64,000 nt of DNA, taken from NCBI GenBank assembly GCA_038153405.1, contig JAYOYH010000007.1, positions 63,234 to 127,233 of the forward strand. The letters are read 5' to 3'. A program made the position numbers and the translations under genes. Origin of the DNA: Gemmatimonadota bacterium (GTDB lineage: Bacteria > Latescibacterota > UBA2968 > UBA8231). Position 1 is the stretch's first letter, and each line of letters opens with the position of its first letter. The notes below the pieces were generated by a model. That model was not told the origin of the DNA. It did no database searches and saw only the letters and a program-made list of their open reading frames with translations. Of the stretch, positions 9,277-17,413 are shown in pieces.

Positions 9277-10209
9277 ATGAGGAAGCTGAGCATAGCTGCA
9301 GCTGCAGTGGTCGGTTTGGCCGGTGCCGCTTTCGCCCAGGGCGAAAGGGTATTCGACCTGCCGAAGCTTACCCAGGCACCCGTTCTCGACGGTGTCATTG
9401 ACGGCGATGAGTGGAACGGTTCGCTCGAACTCGACTGTTCCCCCTCGCGCGTTCAGGCCGACGGTGCCGAGTATGGCTGGCGCGACATCGAAGCCCAGCA
9501 GAGCGAAGTTAGCGTCAATCAGTTGGTGCAGTCGGATGGCGAAGATGCCGCGATTGCCCGCACCGATGCCGACTTCAGCTCGCGCATTTGGCAGGCTTGG
9601 GATGACGACGGCCTGTGGGTCGTAACCGCCGCTGCCGACAACGTCCATGACGTTGAGGGTGGTGACCGCGGTTGGGCCTGGTGGGAGCGCGATAGCCTCT
9701 CCCTCTACGTCGATCTGCTCAACGAAAAAGAAGAGTCTGTGCTCAACGGTGAATACACCGCGCTGAATATCATCAACTTCCAGGCTCGTCCGCTTGAGTC
9801 CAGCCCCTACACCGTTTCGTGGGCCCGCACGGTTGAAAATGCGCGTTCTGACGAAGACGGTAACGATCCCGACCTCGTCGCTGGTTTCGACAACGGCTAT
9901 CGCGACGCAGGCGACGAGTTTGGTGGCGAAGCAGACTACGTCCTTGAGATGTTTATTCCCTGGGAGAACCTGCTCCGTTTTAACCTGCCCGCCACGCCGG
10001 TCGTCGGCACCGAGATGGGTTTCTCTTGGCTGCCGCCAGATCCGGATGGCGATGACGCCTACGGCGGTCAGTTGCAGTGCTGGGGATGGGCTGATGACCC
10101 CTCCAACTACTCCACTTGGATCTTCTCCGACATGCCGGCTGGTCCCGCTGGTGGCAGCACGGCCGTCGAGAGCGATTCATGGGGTCGCATCAAGACGACG
10201 TTCCAGTAA
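9277..10209 (+). CDS. Exported acidic CBM9/DOMON-like sugar-binding protein with C-terminal SWGRIK tail
   Basis: Start placed at ATG 9277 (AGGAG RBS). Signal peptide ending AFA; APVLDGVIDGDEW, AWDDDGLW, WERDSLSLYVD, YVLEMFIPW are CBM9-like motifs; ends GGSTAVESDSWGRIKTTFQ. Confidence 0.75.
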   Translation: MRKLSIAAAAVVGLAGAAFAQGERVFDLPKLTQAPVLDGVIDGDEWNGSLELDCSPSRVQADGAEYGWRDIEAQQSEVSVNQLVQSDGEDAAIARTDADFSSRIWQAWDDDGLWVVTAAADNVHDVEGGDRGWAWWERDSLSLYVDLLNEKEESVLNGEYTALNIINFQARPLESSPYTVSWARTVENARSDEDGNDPDLVAGFDNGYRDAGDEFGGEADYVLEMFIPWENLLRFNLPATPVVGTEMGFSWLPPDPDGDDAYGGQLQCWGWADDPSNYSTWIFSDMPAGPAGGSTAVESDSWGRIKTTFQ

Positions 10210-10249
10210 GACTGGGCTTTATAGCCTGATGTAAAGGTCGTATTGTTGA

Positions 10250-10286
10250 GTTTCATGCCGGGGAAGTTACTTCCTCGGCATGAAAC
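10250..10286 (+). repeat. Strong intergenic hairpin after the first operon gene (mRNA stabiliser, attenuator or terminator)
   Basis: GTTTCATGCCGGGGAAG-TTA-CTTCCTCGGCATGAAAC, 17-bp stem with one G-U pair; followed by a small AGGC/GCCT stem and a T run. Confidence 0.75.
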
Positions 10287-10374
10287 CTATAGAGGCCTAT
10301 GCCTTTTTTCACTACAATACAAATTTGGATACGTGCCCGTGCGGGTGCGTGTCGAGGATGACGGGGAGCCGACG

Positions 10375-13300
10375 GTGAAAACGCCCTTCAAGGTGAATTT
10401 AAGCCAAATAGCACGGTTCTTGGCGTTGGTTGGCTTATGGACGCTTGCCTCCCAGGCCGATGCGCAGCGCCATCCGGAATCGCAGGGCCCCTTGCCCTAC
10501 TATCGCGATGAACCGGGGGTGTTGCCGGAGCCTGAATGGCTGCATCGCCCCGAGTTCATCCGTGGGCCGCGGGATCGCTATGAGCGCGGTGCCAATCGAC
10601 TGTTTTTGGCCACAGGGGACGACGTTCCCTACCTCAACTACGCCGAAGAGCGCTTTATCCTCTCGCAGCGAGAGTTAATTCCTTGGTTCCAGCCCAAAGG
10701 CCGTTCTTGGAAATTTCGCAACACGCGCTGGGATCGCATGGGCAATTATATGGGATCCCCCTCCAGTACATCCTCGCCGGCCAGCGGTTATTTGCGGCTG
10801 TTTTCTTGGGAGGAAACGCGCAGCGACGACGACGGTTTAGGGCGCAGTTTTATCGACCATCGCTCGCCTTCGCCGTGGGGGCCGCCTGCCGGATATAACG
10901 ACGCCACTTTGCGCATAGGTCATTACAACTATAAAGATCTTCACTGGACGGCTACCGTCGGTCAGAGTGTGCGCAGTTATTTCACGCCGTTGACGCTAGC
11001 GCAAAGCCATCTTTCCGTGGCGCGCTTGGACTTCGATAATAAATTCGGCAAAGACCGCGCCACGATTCTGCTCAACAGGGGGCGGACGCGGCCCGGTGGC
11101 CTCTTTTCCGAATGGGCTTCCGTTGGCGGTGAAACCGAAGATGCCAACCCAGTCCTTATGTACGGTCTCCACTACAAGCATCGCTTCGGCCGCTACGCCC
11201 AATTTGGCACGACGCTCCTCAACCAGGTTTTGAACCAACCCGGATCCGGCAGCAGCAGTCCTTTGAAGGGCGATCTGCCCTACGATATGCTCGGTCCGCG
11301 CGTGATTCGCGTGTTCATCGCCGATGATTCACCCAGAGAGAGCCTGCACAATGCCAAGGTCTACGGCGTCGACATCGTCGTTCGCGGCACGCGCGGAGAC
11401 CAGCCCGTGACCCTTAGCAACCGCCAGGGGGAATTCTACGACCCGGGTTTAGAGCCGGTAGTGGCAGGTGGGCGGTTGCTGAGCGGAGATGGGCGGGAGG
11501 CGGTCGGTCTTGAAACGGTCGTGTATGAATTTACTATTCCGGGTGATATTACGGCGACCTCGGCCCGCTTCTTCGCCGATGTCTCCAACGACTATCGAAT
11601 TGGCATTCGGCAAATCTACGATTTTCCCGGCATTAGCCGCTCGGGCGAGCTCGATTTGGAAGAGCGGGTTTGGCCCGACGACTTCGTCACCACCGAATCC
11701 GTCACGCGCCGCCCCTTTAAGTGGGATATCCAGGAGGGCGAGGAACCCTATTATACGGTGGCCCGTTCGGAGGGCGTGGGGCAAAATGGTTCAAACCGTC
11801 GCGTCGTGCAGTTCGATCACGGCATTCCCACGGGCCAGAACCTATTTTCGTTCGACGCACAGGCCAATCTCATCGGTCTGAAGTTCAGCGGCGAAATCGT
11901 CCGCAACAATCAGAATTACATCTATCCCGTAGGCCGCAATGACGGGCGGCGGACCAGCCACAAGGCGTTGGCCTATTGGCTCAACGTCAAAAAGGATATT
12001 GGGATTGCCAAGCGCTTGGGCGCGCAGCTGGGCGCCGAGTTTTTTCGCTTGGATCCCAGCTATAGCGGCGGCTATGACAGCCAGCGCGGCGGCATGGCCT
12101 TCCACTTAGATCTGCAGGAATCACCGGGTGGGCGCGTGAAGTCGGATACGCAGGAGTACGGACTGGTCGAAGACAACGACGACGACGATCAGTGGCCCGA
12201 TGATTTTGTCGAAGATACAGCCTCGCCGGGACGCCTTTCTTACCCCGGTTGGCCCAACGCATCCGTATATCCGGGCTTGGACGAAAATCTCGACAATATT
12301 CCCGACGTCGACCGCAACGAAAACTTTGTGCCCGATTGGAACGAGGCATTTCTCACCTACGATGTCGATCCGCCAGAGTTTGTCTACGGAATAGACTTTA
12401 ACAACAACGGCATGCCGGATTTTCGCGAGAACGACGACTTGCCCGACTATCCTTATCGCCGGGATCAAAAGGGACGCCACTTCTTCCTATTGCTTGACCG
12501 CTTGGGCGGCTGGGGCAAATCCATTTCCGCTGGCTACTATAAGTCGAACGAGATTGCTGGCGGGACTGAGGCCAAAAGCATGTACCTGCGCTATGCTCTC
12601 GAAAAGCAGCGAGATGGGGTGGGGAGTTTACAAATCAACATCGATACCAAGATCGTAGAGGACAATATTCAAGACGATAGCTACGTGTATATCGTCCCGC
12701 CCAACGACGACGATGTCATTCCCTGGCTCAACAAGCCGGACCATCATCCCGACGTTGCCGGTCGCTACCGTCCTGCAACGCCCGATCCGCTGCTGATGCG
12801 CGACAGCTGGGTCAATACCGCTTATATCGACGCCGATTACCTGAAGATTGCGAATATGCGCATTCACAATGCGCTGCTGTGGACGCGCAACAGCATGTCC
12901 GAGATTCCCCTTGAAGGAGGCGGAGATGGCGAGTTGTTGCAGGCCGAAGACGTCCGCTCGCGCCTCATCGTGATCAACAAAGTCGATCGAACCTGGTTGC
13001 TTAAGTCCATCGCGATTTCGACCAAGTTCAAACACCGCTTAATCTACGAAAATGTCGACAGCGAAGAAGATCCGCGCATATCAGCTTCCGATTTTATTCC
13101 CATCGTGATGGGGGAGTATGCGCTGACGCCCAAGACCCGATTGGTGCTGGGCGCACAGGGCATGCCTTTTTTGCCCATGAAGCACTGGGATAGAGCCAAT
13201 AAAGACGGCACTTATTCTCAGACCGACTACGCCTTCATGTACAAGATGCGCTCGGAGTATTTCGGTTTTGAAAACGACTTCTTCTTCGGCTATTTGCTTA

Positions 13301-13380
13301 CGGATAGGCAGCACACTCGATTGCGCGACCGCGACTTCAATCGCGGCACGTTTTTCGTCGAAGTCATAACGCCATTCTAA
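10375..13380 (+). CDS. Large putative outer-membrane protein A (~1000 aa), paralog of 17414-20344
   Basis: Start placed at GTG 10375 (GGGGAG RBS; the ORF-track start lies 5' of the hairpin). Signal peptide ending QADA, amphipathic beta-like segments, Asp-rich DxDxN repeats, C-terminal FFVEVITPF ending in Phe. Confidence 0.7.
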   Translation: MKTPFKVNLSQIARFLALVGLWTLASQADAQRHPESQGPLPYYRDEPGVLPEPEWLHRPEFIRGPRDRYERGANRLFLATGDDVPYLNYAEERFILSQRELIPWFQPKGRSWKFRNTRWDRMGNYMGSPSSTSSPASGYLRLFSWEETRSDDDGLGRSFIDHRSPSPWGPPAGYNDATLRIGHYNYKDLHWTATVGQSVRSYFTPLTLAQSHLSVARLDFDNKFGKDRATILLNRGRTRPGGLFSEWASVGGETEDANPVLMYGLHYKHRFGRYAQFGTTLLNQVLNQPGSGSSSPLKGDLPYDMLGPRVIRVFIADDSPRESLHNAKVYGVDIVVRGTRGDQPVTLSNRQGEFYDPGLEPVVAGGRLLSGDGREAVGLETVVYEFTIPGDITATSARFFADVSNDYRIGIRQIYDFPGISRSGELDLEERVWPDDFVTTESVTRRPFKWDIQEGEEPYYTVARSEGVGQNGSNRRVVQFDHGIPTGQNLFSFDAQANLIGLKFSGEIVRNNQNYIYPVGRNDGRRTSHKALAYWLNVKKDIGIAKRLGAQLGAEFFRLDPSYSGGYDSQRGGMAFHLDLQESPGGRVKSDTQEYGLVEDNDDDDQWPDDFVEDTASPGRLSYPGWPNASVYPGLDENLDNIPDVDRNENFVPDWNEAFLTYDVDPPEFVYGIDFNNNGMPDFRENDDLPDYPYRRDQKGRHFFLLLDRLGGWGKSISAGYYKSNEIAGGTEAKSMYLRYALEKQRDGVGSLQINIDTKIVEDNIQDDSYVYIVPPNDDDVIPWLNKPDHHPDVAGRYRPATPDPLLMRDSWVNTAYIDADYLKIANMRIHNALLWTRNSMSEIPLEGGGDGELLQAEDVRSRLIVINKVDRTWLLKSIAISTKFKHRLIYENVDSEEDPRISASDFIPIVMGEYALTPKTRLVLGAQGMPFLPMKHWDRANKDGTYSQTDYAFMYKMRSEYFGFENDFFFGYLLTDRQHTRLRDRDFNRGTFFVEVITPF

Positions 13381-13385
13381 TCACG

Positions 13386-14147
13386 GTGAATGCGATGCCT
13401 CTGTTGAACTATACCGGCATACTCGCGGCTCTGTTGATCGCGGGATGCGCGCTTCCTCCGCACTCTGTCCTTAAGTATCAGGTGCAGGCTTTACCCATTA
13501 TCCCCGCGGGTGAATCGGTCTTTTACGAAGATCCGGTAGACAGCACCATTGTTTGGAGCAAAGAGGGCCTACAAATCAAAGTCCGGTTTTACAACGACGA
13601 CATGCTCGATGCCCGTTTTGATCCGAGAGTGAGCCCCTATACGCTGACCGGATGGAGCGATCCAATCTTGGGGTACACGCCGCCGCTGTGGACGACGTTT
13701 GAAATCACGGTGATCAACCGCACGCGCGAACGCGTAGAACTCGACCCGACACAGGCCATACTGCGACTGGACAATGGCAACCATCTCTATTGTCGTCAAG
13801 GCGTTGGGGTTTGGAAGACGCTGCCGCACTACTACGACTACAGCTATCTGAAGTGGAGTGGCCGCCAGGGCAACGTCGAGTTTTATGCCAATACGGACCG
13901 TAACGCCATTTGGAACCGCACGGAATTTCAGCGCGAAAAGCCCGTGCGCAAAGGGCGCAAATACACGGGTATGCTAACCTTTCCTCGGCTGCCCAATGAC
14001 GTCGAGTCGTTCACCCTTGAAATCAACGATTTCATCTTGGCCTATGACAGTGCCGAAGCCGGTTTTGGCAATCCGATAGAGTTTACTGATATACACTTTG
14101 ACTTTACAGTGAAGCAGGGAGTGGTCACCGTGGAGAGGAGTCGCTAA
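13386..14147 (+). CDS. Lipoprotein, Ig-like fold suspected; paralog of 25284-26078
   Basis: Lipobox LIAGC; FEITVINRT...ELDP...GMLTFPRLP motifs shared with the 25284 protein. Confidence 0.75.
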   Translation: MNAMPLLNYTGILAALLIAGCALPPHSVLKYQVQALPIIPAGESVFYEDPVDSTIVWSKEGLQIKVRFYNDDMLDARFDPRVSPYTLTGWSDPILGYTPPLWTTFEITVINRTRERVELDPTQAILRLDNGNHLYCRQGVGVWKTLPHYYDYSYLKWSGRQGNVEFYANTDRNAIWNRTEFQREKPVRKGRKYTGMLTFPRLPNDVESFTLEINDFILAYDSAEAGFGNPIEFTDIHFDFTVKQGVVTVERSR

Positions 14148-14816
14148 ATGAGAGCGCCTGCTCTATACATGCGCGCGTTTGCCGTGTTTGCTGCGTTGGC
14201 TGCCGTTGTTGGCTGTGGAAATCTGAAATACCAGGCGCTCAAGGGGACCAGCGTGGAGAATCCACCGCAGGCTCCGGTGAAGGTCTACGTAAAGGAGTTC
14301 CCCGTTACGAGCAAGGCCAATGTAATCGATCCCAATGCCGCGCTGGGGGACGGCGGTTACGGTGGAGGCGGGCGATCGATCAATGCGCTGGCGGAAGTGG
14401 GCAATGCCATCATGGTCATATCGAGGCCCTCGCGCATCGAAGACCTAACCCGTTCCCTACTGCGCGAACTGCGTCCGCGGCAGCTGCGCATCTTTTCCGA
14501 GTACGATCGGGTAACAGACTTGAAGGGCGTTCGCAATATTGACAACCCATTTGTCCTCGTGCCGCCGGAAGACGAGTCGGCGCAGCTCGAAATTAGTGGC
14601 ACTGTCTACTTGTTGAGCGAACGCGTCGAGCAGCGTTTTTCGCAAAACAGCAGCAGCGCGCGCGTGGAGCTTGTAGTGCGTGATGTTGCCAGCGGGGAAG
14701 AGGTTCGCTTGCCGCCGACGGCGGCCGGTATAAGCATGACCTATAACTCGAAAGAATTGGAAGAGGCGATCGCCATTTTCATCTCCACGCTGCTAACCCA
14801 AAAGACGCTCTTTTGA
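14148..14816 (+). CDS. Lipoprotein of unknown function
   Basis: Lipobox VVGC; starts immediately after the previous stop; Gly-rich segment GDGGYGGGG. Confidence 0.75.
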   Translation: MRAPALYMRAFAVFAALAAVVGCGNLKYQALKGTSVENPPQAPVKVYVKEFPVTSKANVIDPNAALGDGGYGGGGRSINALAEVGNAIMVISRPSRIEDLTRSLLRELRPRQLRIFSEYDRVTDLKGVRNIDNPFVLVPPEDESAQLEISGTVYLLSERVEQRFSQNSSSARVELVVRDVASGEEVRLPPTAAGISMTYNSKELEEAIAIFISTLLTQKTLF

Positions 14817-14817
14817 G

Positions 14818-16464
14818 GTGGTGAGGAAGATTGCCTTGGTATCAATGGTAACCATGCTGACGGCCTTTCCCAGCGCAGTGGATGCTGCAAGCCAAACGGT
14901 GACTTGGCGTTGGGATGGCGAGGATGCGAGTGTCTTGCAGTTGCTGCAGACAAGCGTTGACGTCGGCCGCGGAGTTGTGTTGGACGTGCTCTCGCCAGAC
15001 AAAAATATAGCTTTGGGAGCGATCGCGCGGAACGATTTTGGTCTGCGTGAACCGCTGACGGACGGGGAGGTCTCTCTGGTTGCCAGCGAGTGGATATCCA
15101 ATACGCCGAACGTATTCGGTCGATATTTCACCGTTGACCTTGGTGTAAACCGTGCGATAACGCGGGTGCGGGTGCGGCCCGGTCAAACCGCGATTAACCA
15201 ACCGGAATACTACATCCGCGGATACAGAGTGGAAGCGGCCTTGGAAAATGATCCGGATATTTGGCGTCTGCTGGCCGAAGAGCGCACGAACTTCAATTTG
15301 CTAATTGACACCGGTGCGGACTCTACGTGGGCCGTTGTGGCCGATGGTCAACTCGCTTCTCGTTTGGGCCGCTACGTGCGCTTTACCATTACCCGGCAGG
15401 ACCGCAGCAATTGGGTGGCAATTGGCGATATCGAGGTGTTCGGCGAGGGCGTTGAGGCTGAGGGTACGGCTCAATACACCTGGTTGCCGCAAGCACCGGT
15501 GAATGTGGGGCGCATACGGTGGCAGACCGAAGACCGTGCAGAGGGATTTAGTCTGTCTGCCAAGGGCGGTGATGAAACGTGGTCTACCGTCAACCCGCTG
15601 GAGTCCGATCGGTCTTTTGCAGGAGCTGAACCGATCGACTCGCTGCAATTTATGGCCTCGCTGTCGACTCACGATCCGTTTGCCACGCCCGTTTGGCGCG
15701 GGGTAGAGGTCGAATACGACACGCGCTTAGTCGCCGACGGGGCGTTGGGGGCGGTTGAGCCCAACGCGGTTGCCCGCGGGGAGTGGGCCGAGATTAACTA
15801 CAGCATTGAACTGGCACTGCGAGCGGATAATTACGGTGTGGATAGGGTGCTATTGGACGGAACGGCGCTGGTCGTTGATGGGCTGCGCGTGGATGGCGTC
15901 TTGCTGAGCAATAATGAGTATAGCTACAGCGCCAACGACGAATTGGGTCAGACTGAGATACAGATAAACCGCGCGGTCTTGCAGACGGCTCTGCTCCAAA
16001 TAGAAGGCCGGGGCCTTTTCCTCAACGAGGTAACGGAGATAGGATTTCGCGTTGGCAATGCGCAGCAGGAAGAAGCCGACGGCTATATTAACTGGCAAAA
16101 CGGCCGAGAGAGCCCGGTGGCTAGTTGGCGCGTGCGCGCTCAGGGAACACCCGGCGAATTGCTCGGCGAGATCGAGCTTTCCGAGCGGCCATTCTCGCCC
16201 TACGAAAGCAAAGAGCTGACGTTCAAGTTTATCGTCTCCAATTTGAACAACCCAACGGATATCGTCCTTTCGCTCTATCGTTTGAACGGCGTGCGGGTCC
16301 GGCAAATGCAGCAAAACGGCGGTGCGCGGCCCTATGAATTCCGCTGGGATGGAAGGGATGAAGGGGACCGATTGGTGGACCCCGGTCTCTACTTGTACGA
16401 GGTAAGAGTAGCCGGTGGCGGCGAGAGGAGCGGGCGGCGAGGAACATGCGTTGTCGCCTATTAG
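14818..16464 (+). CDS. Exported protein: discoidin (F5/8 type C)-like domain + C-terminal FlgD-Ig/T9SS-CTD-like domain
   Basis: Signal peptide; YFTVDLG...ITRVRV...YRVE...RYVRFTIT...IGDIEVFG (discoidin-like); C-terminal PFSP...LYRLNGVRVR...FRWDGRDEGDRLVDPGLYLYEVRV...GTCVVAY. Confidence 0.72.
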   Translation: MVRKIALVSMVTMLTAFPSAVDAASQTVTWRWDGEDASVLQLLQTSVDVGRGVVLDVLSPDKNIALGAIARNDFGLREPLTDGEVSLVASEWISNTPNVFGRYFTVDLGVNRAITRVRVRPGQTAINQPEYYIRGYRVEAALENDPDIWRLLAEERTNFNLLIDTGADSTWAVVADGQLASRLGRYVRFTITRQDRSNWVAIGDIEVFGEGVEAEGTAQYTWLPQAPVNVGRIRWQTEDRAEGFSLSAKGGDETWSTVNPLESDRSFAGAEPIDSLQFMASLSTHDPFATPVWRGVEVEYDTRLVADGALGAVEPNAVARGEWAEINYSIELALRADNYGVDRVLLDGTALVVDGLRVDGVLLSNNEYSYSANDELGQTEIQINRAVLQTALLQIEGRGLFLNEVTEIGFRVGNAQQEEADGYINWQNGRESPVASWRVRAQGTPGELLGEIELSERPFSPYESKELTFKFIVSNLNNPTDIVLSLYRLNGVRVRQMQQNGGARPYEFRWDGRDEGDRLVDPGLYLYEVRVAGGGERSGRRGTCVVAY

Positions 16465-17314
16465 AAGCTGGTTGTTGTTCATTAATTGTTTGGGACTCAG
16501 TGTCGTAGGGCCAGTCGGCGCCGCGTTTGAAACGGGGGCAGGGGCGTATTCCACTGCGCTGGGCAACGCTTTTTCGGCCGGGGTAGAATCGGCCGAAGGA
16601 GTATGGTTTAATCCTGCGACCTCTGCTAGGCTGCGTTTGCCGCGCGTCGCCATAACGCAGGGTGCGCTCTACTCAGGGCTGAGCGATCGCCCAAGCATCA
16701 GCGCTGCAGCCGGTGTTTGGCCCCGGCGCTGGGGCACGCTGCAGGCGGGTTTTTCCGGCCTGTGGGCAGATGATTGGGCTGAAAGCCAGTGGCTATTGGG
16801 CTACGGTCGCGTGCTGCACCCTCGGTTGTCGGTTGGAGCGCAGCTGCGGACGGCCAGTTGGAGTTCGGGGCGCTATGGGCAGCGCCGCTGGCTGGCCACC
16901 GTCGGTGCCCTATACGAAGCGGGGTGGGTCAGTTCGCGTTCCTACGTTCGCTTTTCGGCTGTCGTGGCCAATATAGGCCGGCCCGATTCCAAGTCGGCCA
17001 GGGCGTCGGGTATGCCCGCGCGTTCGCATACGTTGGGCATGCAGGTTCGAAATGCAACGCGTGCCCTCTTGCTCGACTTGGTCGAACAGGGCGGCGATTG
17101 GCAGGCGCGCTGCGGGTATGAATCGGTGCTGCGCGCCGAATTAAAGCTGCGGCTTGGAGCGACGGTATTGCGGGGTGATACCGTAAATAAGACCGGGCAT
17201 ATAGGACTGGGGTACGAGTGGAAAAACGTGCATTTTGACTATGCGTTTTCGCGTTCGTACGACCTAAACGACTTCGGGGCCGACCACCGTTTTGGCATTG
17301 GCTATGCTTGGTGA
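16451..17314 (+). CDS. PorV/PorP(SprF)-like outer-membrane beta-barrel
   Basis: Start placed at TTG 16451 (uncertain). GAYSTALGNAFSA...VWFNPA matches the PorV/PorQ-type N-terminal motif; C-terminal FDYAFS...GADHRFGIGYAW. Confidence 0.7.
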   Translation: MSPIRSWLLFINCLGLSVVGPVGAAFETGAGAYSTALGNAFSAGVESAEGVWFNPATSARLRLPRVAITQGALYSGLSDRPSISAAAGVWPRRWGTLQAGFSGLWADDWAESQWLLGYGRVLHPRLSVGAQLRTASWSSGRYGQRRWLATVGALYEAGWVSSRSYVRFSAVVANIGRPDSKSARASGMPARSHTLGMQVRNATRALLLDLVEQGGDWQARCGYESVLRAELKLRLGATVLRGDTVNKTGHIGLGYEWKNVHFDYAFSRSYDLNDFGADHRFGIGYAW

Positions 17315-17413
17315 GGTTTCGGACGCAACGAAAAGGCAAAAGGATTCGCTGAGCGGAGGCGAATGTCCATGAAAATAGAGCGGTTTTTATACTTCTCGGG
17401 TGAGGGAGCAATT

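Noticed and set aside
10243..10374. N-terminal extension of the 1045-aa ORF
   Set aside because: Runs through the intergenic hairpin; GTG 10375 has an RBS and is followed by a signal peptide.
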